From Polyangiaceae bacterium (lineage in GTDB: Bacteria; Myxococcota_A; Polyangia; Polyangiales; Polyangiaceae): 64,000 nucleotides of DNA. This document shows, piece by piece, positions 48,149 to 57,853 of the stretch. Positions within the stretch are counted from its first letter, which is position 1, and each line of letters begins with the position of its first letter. The position numbers were made by a program, and so were the translations under genes. The DNA is taken from contig JAPSGB010000023.1 of assembly GCA_035063585.1 (NCBI GenBank), positions 1 through 64,000 on the forward strand. The letters are read 5' to 3'. The notes below the pieces were generated by a model. The model did no database searches and was not told the DNA's origin. It was given only the letters and a program-made list of their open reading frames with translations.

Positions 48149-49903
48149 TCAGTCGTGAACGACGATGCGTGAGCCTGGATGCTCGGTGGTCGACCAGATC
48201 CCGTGCCATCCACGAGGCAGCCTCGGATCGGTGAACAGGAACACCCATTTCGCGTCGAGCGGCGCGAGGTTCACGCAGCCGTGACTCATCTGTACGCCGA
48301 AGTTCTGGTGCCAGAACGCCGCGTGAATCGCGTATGAGCCCTGGTAGTACTGGACGAACGGGACGTCTTCGATGCTGTACGGGAGATCTCCGGCGGCGGT
48401 GCCGTCGCCGTCCATGGTGGTCGTGATGTGCTTCTCACGGATCCGCCACTGCCCGGTCGGTGTGCTGTGATCCTTGTCCTTGATGGTGCTCTTCTTGCCG
48501 CTCGAGACGAGCGTCGCGTAGACCGGCGTGGTGCCCTCGTAGGCCACCAGCGTCTGCTGGGTCAGGTTCACGTCGACCCAGCGCTCGGCGGGCGTGAGAT
48601 CGGTGGGCGGCGCGCTCGGGCGAGCGATGCGGACCTGGGCGTTCTTGATCCAGGTGCCCTCGGTCGTCTCGCTGTAAGTGTTACCGGCGATCTGCGCTTC
48701 GCGCCCGGTGAGCGGGATCGCGACGAAGCGCTCGACGGCCTTGGCCGGCTTGATGCGCTGGTCGGCGTCGATCGTGTAGGTGGGCGCCGTCTTGCGGCCG
48801 CCGTAGACCCACGCCACCGGGAGCTTCACCTCGCTCCCGAGCTCGACACCTTGGAACTTGAAGCCGGCCGTCTGCCAGAAGCGATCGGCCGGCGTGACCA
48901 GTCCCTTGGTCGTCTTGTACCAGGTGCGGCCGTTCCACGAGAAGGTCTTGTCGATGGCGACGTAGAAGCCGGCGACCATGCGCTTTGCCATGACGTCGTC
49001 GCCCTCGGCCGCGAGGTCGCCGAGCTTCAGCTTGTGCAGGCCGTCCTTGCCTTCCTTCTGCCACCACGGCTCGTCGGCCTGAGGATCCCCGGCGTCGCTC
49101 GCGGTCGTGAGCACGCCAGCGTCGGCGAGCGCGCGCTCGACGCTCTGCCGGCCCGGCGTGCCGCCGTCGCCGGCCGTGGTCGAGGACGCCTCGACCACCG
49201 CGTCCCCGCTCTCGGCCGCCTCGCGGTCTCGGCGCTCCTGGGCCTCGCGCTCCTTCTTCTCCTTGGCTTGCTTCGCGCTCGGGAGGTAGGGCTCGTAGGT
49301 GTTCATCTGCTCGCGCGACGGCACCGACTTGTAGAGCGGCGTGCCGTTCTTCGCGTTCCGCGCGTAGCGATAGGGTAGGACGTCGCTCAGATCGGGCTGG
49401 CGGATCGCGAACCTTACCTGCGGGTGGTTCAGGTCGGTCGTCCCCTGGTTGCCGCAGACGTAGCCGCCGTCGACGAGGTGATACCACCCGCCGCTGCAGC
49501 TCTCGGTGGAGACGGGCGTCGCCTCCACCGGGACGCGCCCGCCGTTGCGGATGTAGCCGAGCTTGCCGGCCTTGTCGAACCTCGGCTGGGCGTAGACCGC
49601 CGCCGCGATGCTGGTCACCGCGAACATCGGCCCGGTGTAGGGGGCGTCGGGCGCGCCCGCGTCGAGCTCCGCCGCCGGAGCCGCGCTCGACGCCGCCGGC
49701 GCCGCGCTCGCGAGCTCCCTCGGCAGGGTCGGGCTGCCGGCCGGCGACGGGCGCGCGTGGACACTCGCGCTGGCGGGCGCGGTCGCGTGTTCTCCCGCGC
49801 CCGGCGGCGCCTGACGGCCACACCCGACGCCGAAGGCGAGCGACGTCGCCGAGGTGAGCACCGCGACGCGGATGATGAACGAAGTCGGACGAGTGGAGGT
49901 CAT
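48149..49903 (-). CDS. L,D-transpeptidase (YkuD domain), probable lipoprotein
   Basis: ATG 49903; FGVG-C lipobox; WVDVNLTQQTL.AYEG, TPTG, AIHAAFWH..FG..MSHGCVNL (His...Cys catalytic motif). Confidence 0.93.
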   Translation of the reverse strand: MTSTRPTSFIIRVAVLTSATSLAFGVGCGRQAPPGAGEHATAPASASVHARPSPAGSPTLPRELASAAPAASSAAPAAELDAGAPDAPYTGPMFAVTSIAAAVYAQPRFDKAGKLGYIRNGGRVPVEATPVSTESCSGGWYHLVDGGYVCGNQGTTDLNHPQVRFAIRQPDLSDVLPYRYARNAKNGTPLYKSVPSREQMNTYEPYLPSAKQAKEKKEREAQERRDREAAESGDAVVEASSTTAGDGGTPGRQSVERALADAGVLTTASDAGDPQADEPWWQKEGKDGLHKLKLGDLAAEGDDVMAKRMVAGFYVAIDKTFSWNGRTWYKTTKGLVTPADRFWQTAGFKFQGVELGSEVKLPVAWVYGGRKTAPTYTIDADQRIKPAKAVERFVAIPLTGREAQIAGNTYSETTEGTWIKNAQVRIARPSAPPTDLTPAERWVDVNLTQQTLVAYEGTTPVYATLVSSGKKSTIKDKDHSTPTGQWRIREKHITTTMDGDGTAAGDLPYSIEDVPFVQYYQGSYAIHAAFWHQNFGVQMSHGCVNLAPLDAKWVFLFTDPRLPRGWHGIWSTTEHPGSRIVVHD

Positions 49904-50116
49904 GTCGCAGAGAGGGGGCGCTCCGGTACTATCGCCGCGCTGGGCGAGCGAGCCACTTCTCGGCAGATCGGGCGCTTGGGCTCGCGAGCCGCCGGGAGTG
50001 GGGCCCGGGCCTGTTCTGGCGCAATCCGCTGGGAATGCCAGTCCACGATGCGAGCCGCGTGCCAACCGGCTCGCCGGCGCCCGCCGCGGCGTCGAGCGTG
50101 AGCTAAGCTCGACGCC

Positions 50117-51655
50117 GTGGGCTTTCGTACGCAGTGGCGTGGTCAGCGGGACACCGCCGCGTGGCGACGGCTCGGCAAGCTCCTCGGGCTGTCGCTCGTG
50201 CTGCATCTCCCGCTCACGCCGCTCGGCGCGCTCGCCGGCCTCCTCGGGCTCATCACCCGCGGGCCTGCCGAGGCGCTGCCGGTGGAGCCGGTAGATTCGA
50301 TCCCCATCGACCTCATCGAGGAGTCCGGTGAGAGCCCGGCCGGGAAGCCGCCGAGCGAGCCCGAGCGCGGACCCGCGCCGGCCCCGTCGGAGCCTGAGCC
50401 CGACCCCTTCGCCGGCCTCGACGACGAGCCCGATGAGGACGCGCTCGCGCTCGTCGACTCGCCGAAGCCCGAGGAGCCGCGCGCGCCGGCTCGCGCCGCG
50501 GACGCCGGCGCGCCCGACGCGAGCGACGCCGCCGCGCCGGACGCCGCCCCGCCCGACGCGAGCGACGCCGCGGCGAGCGTGGCCGCGGCGAGCGACGGCG
50601 GGCACGCCGAAGCGGGCGCCGGACGCGGCATCGGTGATCCGGTGGCGCTGAGCGGCGCGGCGGGCCGGGTCGTCGACGGCAACGCCAACGTGCGACTCAT
50701 CGTGTTCACCGACCGCATCCGCGACACCGAGCTCGGCGACAAGGTCGGCGCGCTGCTCGCTTCGGCGAACCAGTGGTACGACTTCTTCGGACCGAGCGGG
50801 CTCGATCCGGTGAAGGACTTCGACCGCATCCTCATCGCCGGGCCGCAGCTCCGCGACTCGTCGGCGGTGGTCGCGGTGCTCCGCTACAATACCTCCGAGG
50901 CGAAGATCCGCGCGGCGCTCGCGGCGCTGGTCGCGCGTGACGAGGGGGGCCGCTGGCTCGACGCGGGCGTCCCGGCGGCCCAGGCGAAGGCGGATCGCGC
51001 CGAGCGGGTCTTCGCGCTGCCCGCGCCGCACCTGGTCGTGGTGGCGCCGCCGAGCGCCGCGGCAGCAGCGCTCGCGCTGCCGCGTTCGACGCGCTTTCCC
51101 GCGGCGAAGGGGGGCGAGGTGCTCACCGCGTTCGTCCGTACGCCGTGGCGCGCGTTCCTCGGCATCCCCTTCGACATCCCGAAGACGATCGCCTGGGTGC
51201 GGCTCTCCATCGCTCCCTCGCCGGGCGGCGGCGCGGTGGCCACCCTCGACGCCGAGGACGCCACGCCCGAGGACGCGCGGCGCAACGCCGCCGCGCTCTC
51301 GCGCGCCATCAACGCGGTCACCCAGGTCAACGTGCTGTTCATCCGCCAGCGCTTCATCGAGCCGGTGTCGCTCGAGGCCGACGGCCGTCACATCCGCGGC
51401 GTGATTACGGCGACACCGTCACAGCTCCGCGATCTGGTCGGGATGGTCGCCGGGCTCGCGCGCGAACTCGGGACGGCGCGCGGCATCCGCGACGCCGGGT
51501 CCCCGAGCGTGGCGCCGCCGCCGGCCGACGCGGAGCCGCCGCGCGACGCGGGCGCCACGCGCGCCGACGCCGGTCCGAGGCGTGATGCCAGCGACGCGAG
51601 CGAGGGCAGCGCGCCCATGCGGAGCGCGGCCGACGCTGCGCCCGCGACCGACTGA
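50117..51655 (+). CDS. Hypothetical membrane-anchored protein
   Basis: N-terminal hydrophobic segment (SLVLHLP), acidic/Pro linker, globular region (GLDPVKDFDRILIAGPQL); start uncertain. Confidence 0.65.
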   Translation: MGFRTQWRGQRDTAAWRRLGKLLGLSLVLHLPLTPLGALAGLLGLITRGPAEALPVEPVDSIPIDLIEESGESPAGKPPSEPERGPAPAPSEPEPDPFAGLDDEPDEDALALVDSPKPEEPRAPARAADAGAPDASDAAAPDAAPPDASDAAASVAAASDGGHAEAGAGRGIGDPVALSGAAGRVVDGNANVRLIVFTDRIRDTELGDKVGALLASANQWYDFFGPSGLDPVKDFDRILIAGPQLRDSSAVVAVLRYNTSEAKIRAALAALVARDEGGRWLDAGVPAAQAKADRAERVFALPAPHLVVVAPPSAAAAALALPRSTRFPAAKGGEVLTAFVRTPWRAFLGIPFDIPKTIAWVRLSIAPSPGGGAVATLDAEDATPEDARRNAAALSRAINAVTQVNVLFIRQRFIEPVSLEADGRHIRGVITATPSQLRDLVGMVAGLARELGTARGIRDAGSPSVAPPPADAEPPRDAGATRADAGPRRDASDASEGSAPMRSAADAAPATD

Positions 51656-51657
51656 GC

Positions 51658-52800
51658 TCAGCTTACGGCCGGCGGCTTCAAGCGCGCGAGCAGCGCGTCG
51701 GCGCGAGCTGGCTCGAGGCCGCCGATGGCGAGCGTCCGGCCCTTGCGCGGCACGACGACGAGGCGGCAGCGCCCCCGCGCCGCGTCGGCGAGCGTGGCGA
51801 GCGCAAAATCTACCACCAGGCCGAGCGCGATCACGCCCGCCGCGAGCCCGAGCAGCGGGCCCGAGCCGGCGCGCACGCCGTCGACGAACAGCCCCACCCC
51901 GAGGAAGCTGCCGAGCGTGAGCGCGAGGAGCCCGGCGTAGAGCCCGAGCCCGGAGAAGCGCACCTCGCGGGTCGCGCGCGCCAGGTTGTCGAAGGGGACG
52001 CGCGTCTCGCGGTCGCGGAGCACTCGCCCGAGCAGCTCGGTGCGATGCGCGAGACGCAGCCCATCGCCGTCGAGGGTCACCTCCGCCGGGCGCCGATAGC
52101 CGAGCGCGAAGCGCCCCACGAGCCGCCCGAGCGCGGCCAGCGCGAGCAGCCCCGTGCCCGCGAGGAGGACGGTGGCGAGCGGGCCGCGTGGCGCGCGCGC
52201 GAGCTCGCCGCTCAGGCGATCGCCGCCCTCGCGGCGCTCCGCGCCGAGCATCGCGCGCACCAGGCGGCTCTCGGTCTTTGCCGCCGTCTCTGCCGCGAGC
52301 GCGCGCGCGACCTGCGACCCGCTCGCGCCGAGCGCGGCCGCCGCCGTGAGCGCCTCGGCCGCGCCGAAGTCGGGCGCCGCGCTGCTCGGCGCCGCGGCGA
52401 TCCGCGCCACCTCCCGCCAGATCGGCTCGGCGCGCGGGCCGAGCGCCGCGTCGAGCGGGCCGAGCGCGTCGACCCGAGTGTGCGCGCCGAGCCAGACCAG
52501 GCGCGCCGCCGCGGTGTCCGTCGAGTCCGCCGCCGCGCCGAGCGCGACCAGCCCGGCGAGCAGCGCGAGCTCGGCTGCGCTTCGCGGGCCCTCCGCGAGC
52601 ACCACCGCGAGATCCCCGAACGGGGTCGCGCCCTCGCCCGGCGCGAGCTCGCCCGCCGCGCTCGCGGAGCCCCCAGCGCCAAAACCGCCCTCGCGCCCGG
52701 CCACCGCCGCCGCGGCCGCCCGCCAGGCGAGCTCCGCGAGCCGCGGGCAGGTGGAGAGCCCGGTGAGTCCGGCGATGAGGTCACCCGAGGACGGCATCAT
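51658..52800 (-). CDS. Hypothetical membrane protein
   Basis: Ala-rich helical N-terminal half; three hydrophobic segments in the C-terminal half; fills the gap convergent with 50117..51655. Confidence 0.6.
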   Translation of the reverse strand: MMPSSGDLIAGLTGLSTCPRLAELAWRAAAAAVAGREGGFGAGGSASAAGELAPGEGATPFGDLAVVLAEGPRSAAELALLAGLVALGAAADSTDTAAARLVWLGAHTRVDALGPLDAALGPRAEPIWREVARIAAAPSSAAPDFGAAEALTAAAALGASGSQVARALAAETAAKTESRLVRAMLGAERREGGDRLSGELARAPRGPLATVLLAGTGLLALAALGRLVGRFALGYRRPAEVTLDGDGLRLAHRTELLGRVLRDRETRVPFDNLARATREVRFSGLGLYAGLLALTLGSFLGVGLFVDGVRAGSGPLLGLAAGVIALGLVVDFALATLADAARGRCRLVVVPRKGRTLAIGGLEPARADALLARLKPPAVS

Positions 52801-53042
52801 CTCGACTCGCACGCCTTATCCGAACGCCGCGCCGACCGCCAGCCATTCGCGGATGGTCGGGAAATGACGAGCGGTCCTGCGCGCGCCGGCGGCGAGGCCC
52901 GGGGGTGGGGAGGGGTGCCGGTCCGCCGCGGCCGGCGGCGCGTCCCGCCGGCCGACAACTTGGCCCGCGCGCGCCCGACCGGTTAGCGACGAGAGCGCGC
53001 GCGCCCCCTGCGCGAGGCAGAGCCCAGAGGAAACCCAACGCG

Positions 53043-53303
53043 ATGTCCAGCCCGACCTCGAACGCCGAGATGCTCGAAAACCTCCGCGCGATGCTCCGCG
53101 ACGTGTTCCGCCTGCGGACCGAGGGGGTTGCCTACGCGCGGCTCGCCCGCGCGCACGGCTACGTCGACGGCTACATGCGCGTCCTGCTCGAGGCCGGCAT
53201 CGCCGACAAGCGTCAGCTCCTCGCCATCGTCGCCGAGGAGCGCACGACGGTCGACGGCCCCGCGACGATTGCGCTCGAGCAGGACGCGACCGCGGCCGCC
53301 TGA
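53043..53303 (+). CDS. Small hypothetical protein (86 aa)
   Basis: ATG 53043 after gagga; globular sequence RLARAHGYVDGYMRVLLEAG. Confidence 0.7.
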   Translation: MSSPTSNAEMLENLRAMLRDVFRLRTEGVAYARLARAHGYVDGYMRVLLEAGIADKRQLLAIVAEERTTVDGPATIALEQDATAAA

Positions 53304-53344
53304 GCGCGCGGCCCGCTCGCCGCGCGCTCGAGCGCCGTGGCGCC

Positions 53345-56300
53345 TCACGGCGCGACGAGGATGACGTCGCCTGCGGTGAGCGGCTTGCCCTTGCGCCACC
53401 ACGTGCTCACCTGGGTCGCGCCGTTCAGCTGGACGATGTGGCTGAACGCGCCGGCGAACCCGTCGACGGTGAGCGTCCGCGCGTTCCACGTGTGAGCGCC
53501 GCCCGCCGCCGCGGGGGAGCCCACCGCGTAGCGGAGCAGACCGTTGGTCGCGTCCTGGTAGGCGACGTGCACCTCGCCGCCGCTGGTCACGAACAGCGAG
53601 GAGTCGTCACCGACCACCGCCTGGCCGTCCGGCGTCTCTCCGGAGTCCACCACCTCCGGAGCGGTCGGCGTGGTGCCGCCGGTGACCTTCATGTAGAGGA
53701 GCGCCTCGGTGAAGCCGTCGGCGTAGGTGATGTGCCAATCGCCACCCGCGTCGATGAAGAGGCTCGCGCCAATCCCCTTGTCGCCGGTGTCGATGGGCTT
53801 GCCCTCGGCGTCGGTGCCCTGCCCGTCGAGGATGGCCGGCGGCTGCCAGGCGCCGCCCACCTGCTGCGCGGACATCAGGTTGCCGTGGATCCGGTCGTAG
53901 TAGACCAGGGCGAGCCCGGAGGCTCCTCGGGCGATCGAGAGGTAGAGGCCGCTCGCCTCGGGGTAGTCCTCGAGGTTGGTCGAGCCGATGACGTCGACGC
54001 ACTTCGCGGCGCCCGTGCCGTCATCCATGCACTTCGTGCCGCTCGCGCAGCTCGGATCGCAGCCGGAGATCGGCGCCGCGCACTTCTGCGTGTCTGCGCG
54101 GCAGCTCTCGCCCGAGTTGCAGAGGTAGTCGCGGCACGGGGTGTTCGGCGTCACGGTCGCGTCCTCGAAGCTCCAGTCGCTCGCCGCGGCCGGTGAGGCC
54201 GAGGACGCGGTCGCGATGCGGACGCCGCTCTGCGCGCCGCCTTGACCATCTTGCGTGATGGCGAGGTACGCGATGAGCGGCTTGCCCTCGGAGACGATGA
54301 GCTTCGCGTAGCGCCCGAGGTCGGCGTGAGCCTGCTTCTGCACCGTGTGCACCGCCCACGCCGAGCCATCGTACGAGGCGAACTTGAGCGCGCGGTTGGT
54401 GGCGTCGTAGTAGGCGACCATCGGGTTGCCGGCCGCGTCGAGCTGGAGGCTGGTCCAGAGTCCGACGTCGTCGCCCGGGTCGGTGAGCCCCTGCCGGAAG
54501 CCCTTCGGATCGTAGAAGTTCGGGTCCGGAGGCCCCCCGGAGCTCCCGGGCTCGGCGTCGGGATCGATCGGTGGGAGCCCGTCCACGGTCACCCAGTCGA
54601 CCTTGGTGCCGTCCCACTTGCCGACCACCAAGTCGCCGAACAAGGACGGCGCCGGCTCTTCACCTTCGACCTGCGTGTAGCCGATGTCGTCGTAGCCCGA
54701 GATCCACACGGTGCCGTCGCTCGCCACCCCGACCGAGGAGTAGGCGCCGACCAGCCCCGGGGTGATCGTCTCGCACGTCTCGAGCCCTGGGCACTGTCCC
54801 GAGGTCGAGCCGCCGCCCCCGCCCGAGGACGGGTTGCCGCTCTCGGCATCGCTGCCGCACGAGCAGCCCGACCACGACGCGGCCACCGCCATGAGCGCGA
54901 GCGTCCCGGTGGCGCGGAGCGTGTTCACGCCGCGGCGCGCGGCGGTCGCGCGAAAGGGCTGCTCGCGGCGGCCTCCCCGGCGCCGCATACGGGCCATGAG
55001 GCCGAGTCCGAGCAGCACGCCGACCGTCAGCGGCAGCCGAGTCCCGCTCGCGTCGCCACCGGGCACGCGGCATCCGCACGAGCTCGCGTCGCCGAGCGAC
55101 GCGTCGGTGCGCCCGCGGACCAGCGCCTGGGTCGCGGTGCCGAGGTTGCCCTCCTCGTCCGTCGCCTCGACCGTGATGCGCGCCGCGTCGCCGACCTCGA
55201 TGGTGTCGAGCGCGCTCGCTTGGCGCCAATCGGTGAAGCTTGCGCCGTCGAGCGACCAGCGCACGCGAGTGCGCTCCGCCGGCGAGACCACGTCGAAGAT
55301 CTTCGCCTTCACTCGCCCATCGCGGACCACGCTCCCGAGCGCGATCTCCGGCGCCGACTTGTCGATGATGAGATCGATGACGGCCGGCGCGCGATCCATG
55401 GTGCCCGGCTGACCCGCCACGCGCGAGCGGACCTCGAGCTTGTGGTGCGCCTGGAGGGAGAGGAGCGGCGAGCTCACCGTGACGTTACGGTTGGTCGTCC
55501 ACGGGTGCCAGAAGCCGCCGTCCAGACGGTACTGGAACTCGATCGTGCGGGCGCCGTTGTCGAGCTGGCTCGACAGGCGGAGCTCGACCTTCGGCAGGTT
55601 GTCACGGGTGATGGTCGGCAGGACCAGCCCGGCCGGGTCGATCTCCTTGCCGCTCACCGTGGCCTCGGTCCGGCTGATCCAGAGCGGCTGGGGGCCCGCG
55701 ACGCCGAACGCGGCGAAGATGCCGAGGAAGCCGTCCGAGCCCTTGTCGAGCCTGCGGAGCCCGGGGCTGCCCTCGCCGGGCACGGAGGGCGGGATGTTCA
55801 GGGTGAGGCCCGTCGAGGCGAGCTGCTCGTTCAGATCGATGGGGTCGATGGCGCCGCCGAGCGCCGAGCCCACCGCTCCCGAGATGATCCCCGCGAGCGC
55901 CTCGGCCGCCTGCTTCTCGTCCTCGCGCAGGAGCGGCGCGTTCGAGAGGAGCGGGTTATTCACCTGGAGCTTGTCGATGACCGGTGCGAGCCCCGCGTCG
56001 GTCACGTCCAGGTTGACCGGGACGACGAGGTCGAAGCTGGCGGAGAACGCCCGGATGTACCGGTCGCTGCTGAACACGTAGAAATCGATGATGAACTTAT
56101 TCAGCCCGAGCTTGAGCAGGGGATCGGTCTCGATGTCGGTGCCGTTGCCGACCTGGAGGGTGGGCGGCTCCTGCGGCCGGATGACGAGCGAGAGCGGCTG
56201 CGGCTTCTGCTGGCGGCCGAGATCCTTCAGGGAGGGGATGAGGAGGCTCACCGTGTTCGAGCTGAGCAGGCTGCCGAGCGTGCTCGAGCCGATGCCGAGG

Positions 56301-57586
56301 CAGAGCGCGCCGCTGTTGTAGGCGCTCGCGAGGGCGTAGTTCATGTACCGCTCGCTCACCGCGATGCCGACGTGCGGGCCGTCGCCCGTCCAGCGTGAGA
56401 CCGAGTTCTCGGTGAGCTCGTTCGGGATCGGGATCCCGGTCGGGAGCGTGACGTTCGCGATGGGCACGCAGGTGGTGATGGGATCCGGCTCTGCGCCGCC
56501 CAGCATCCCGAGCGTCATGCCGTTGTTCACCGGGTTGAGATCGCCCCAGCGCTGACCGGAGCCGTCGTCGCGCTGGCCCTCACCGCCGAGCGCGGCCAAG
56601 AAGTCGAGGCCGCCCTTCGTGCCGGGGGAGACGCTCGCGAGCATCTGCCCGAGATCGACCTTGCCGTCGGTGCCGAGCGCCATGCCGACGCACTCCGCGC
56701 TGCTCGGGCACTGGCCGTTGCCGTCCGGCGTGCAGTAGCGGCAGGTGCCGTCGGAGTCCGGATAGGTGCCGGCCGGGCACGAGACGCCCGCCGCGGGATC
56801 GGCCTGGGTGCAGAGCTGCTCGTCGATCGTGTCGGTGAGCGTGTCCGTCAGCGGGCCCATGATCTGCCCGGCGAGAATTCCTGACAGGCTACCCAGGATG
56901 GTGTCGTCGAGTCCCGTACCGCAGGCCGCGAAGGAATTGGTGAGTGCGTCCTTGCTGATATCTACTTTGTTGACCTTGAGCTTCGAATACCCGCGGCGGG
57001 AGCCGTGTCCCGGATCCGTGTCGGTCTCGATGGACACGTCCACGTCCACGGGAATGTCGGCGTAGTCACGCGCCCCGCAGTCCTTGTTCTTGACGAGCGC
57101 GATTTCAGAGCTCAACCAAAACAGAGCACCAGTCCCTTTGACCGGGAGACTTCGCAGGCGAACGGCGAGGGTTCCGCGGACGGTGAGGTTGTGCGGCGCC
57201 GCCGTCGCGAGGGTCAGCTTCGCCCGGCTCAGGTCAGCCTCGACGATGCAGCTCGGCGGGTTCGCGCCTGGCTTGGGCCCATCCGGACAGATAGTGACCT
57301 TACCCACCGTGACGTTCTGACTCGAAGACGGAACCTCGAAGGTCAACGCCCCAGCGCCCCCTCCACCCATCAAGTTCCCGGCGATGGGCCCGAGGTTCTG
57401 GCTGATGAACTGGAGCCCGCTCTGCGTGACTCGCACGCTCGAGGAGTTCTCTACGCGCTTGTCCATCGGGAAGCCGCCCGGGATCGGGGTGATCCCGCAG
57501 CCTCCGCAGCTCGTGCAGCTGCCGGCGCAGCCACCGAAGACGATGAGCATCGAAAGAAAGAGCAAGTGCCTGAGCCAGCGCGGCAT
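53345..57586 (-). CDS. 1413-aa lipoprotein: BPI/LBP(TULIP)-like region, Ig-like domains, internal MYXO-CTERM-like signal, second lipobox, beta-propeller
   Basis: ATG 57586, FGG-C lipobox; VRVTQSGLQF; HVGIAVSERYMNYAL..AYNSG; FQYRLDGG.W..W; CGC...TM...RRR; WSG-C; repeated G...S...D..G.P..AYYD.....L.Y blades. Confidence 0.8.
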   Translation of the reverse strand: MPRWLRHLLFLSMLIVFGGCAGSCTSCGGCGITPIPGGFPMDKRVENSSSVRVTQSGLQFISQNLGPIAGNLMGGGGAGALTFEVPSSSQNVTVGKVTICPDGPKPGANPPSCIVEADLSRAKLTLATAAPHNLTVRGTLAVRLRSLPVKGTGALFWLSSEIALVKNKDCGARDYADIPVDVDVSIETDTDPGHGSRRGYSKLKVNKVDISKDALTNSFAACGTGLDDTILGSLSGILAGQIMGPLTDTLTDTIDEQLCTQADPAAGVSCPAGTYPDSDGTCRYCTPDGNGQCPSSAECVGMALGTDGKVDLGQMLASVSPGTKGGLDFLAALGGEGQRDDGSGQRWGDLNPVNNGMTLGMLGGAEPDPITTCVPIANVTLPTGIPIPNELTENSVSRWTGDGPHVGIAVSERYMNYALASAYNSGALCLGIGSSTLGSLLSSNTVSLLIPSLKDLGRQQKPQPLSLVIRPQEPPTLQVGNGTDIETDPLLKLGLNKFIIDFYVFSSDRYIRAFSASFDLVVPVNLDVTDAGLAPVIDKLQVNNPLLSNAPLLREDEKQAAEALAGIISGAVGSALGGAIDPIDLNEQLASTGLTLNIPPSVPGEGSPGLRRLDKGSDGFLGIFAAFGVAGPQPLWISRTEATVSGKEIDPAGLVLPTITRDNLPKVELRLSSQLDNGARTIEFQYRLDGGFWHPWTTNRNVTVSSPLLSLQAHHKLEVRSRVAGQPGTMDRAPAVIDLIIDKSAPEIALGSVVRDGRVKAKIFDVVSPAERTRVRWSLDGASFTDWRQASALDTIEVGDAARITVEATDEEGNLGTATQALVRGRTDASLGDASSCGCRVPGGDASGTRLPLTVGVLLGLGLMARMRRRGGRREQPFRATAARRGVNTLRATGTLALMAVAASWSGCSCGSDAESGNPSSGGGGGSTSGQCPGLETCETITPGLVGAYSSVGVASDGTVWISGYDDIGYTQVEGEEPAPSLFGDLVVGKWDGTKVDWVTVDGLPPIDPDAEPGSSGGPPDPNFYDPKGFRQGLTDPGDDVGLWTSLQLDAAGNPMVAYYDATNRALKFASYDGSAWAVHTVQKQAHADLGRYAKLIVSEGKPLIAYLAITQDGQGGAQSGVRIATASSASPAAASDWSFEDATVTPNTPCRDYLCNSGESCRADTQKCAAPISGCDPSCASGTKCMDDGTGAAKCVDVIGSTNLEDYPEASGLYLSIARGASGLALVYYDRIHGNLMSAQQVGGAWQPPAILDGQGTDAEGKPIDTGDKGIGASLFIDAGGDWHITYADGFTEALLYMKVTGGTTPTAPEVVDSGETPDGQAVVGDDSSLFVTSGGEVHVAYQDATNGLLRYAVGSPAAAGGAHTWNARTLTVDGFAGAFSHIVQLNGATQVSTWWRKGKPLTAGDVILVAP

Positions 57587-57853
57587 GGATGTCTCCCGGT
57601 TGGGCACGGCCTCTCGGCCGTTCACGGCGCGCGCCTCGGCGCGTCGCTTTCGCACGGTCTCGGCCACAGCGCCGAGTAGCCTCAGCTTAGCTCAGATTTC
57701 GCCCGAATCGGCCGGAATTCGGGCCGCGCGCGCGTTCCGGTGCGCGGCTGTACGCTCGTCGCCTACACCGGGCGCGCGCGAGGGCGAGCGCGCCCGCCCG
57801 GCTTCGCGCCGGACCGGCCACCCATCCCAGCGTTCACGCCGGACGCGCGCCGC

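Noticed and set aside
49904..51391. N-terminal 496 aa of the 1080-aa ORF as a fusion to the L,D-transpeptidase
   Set aside because: It overlaps the plus-strand gene 50117..51655, and a good lipoprotein signal begins at ATG 49903. The same reasoning was used to trim the ORFs listed at 5786, 14262, 18511, 24198, 33432 and 45598.
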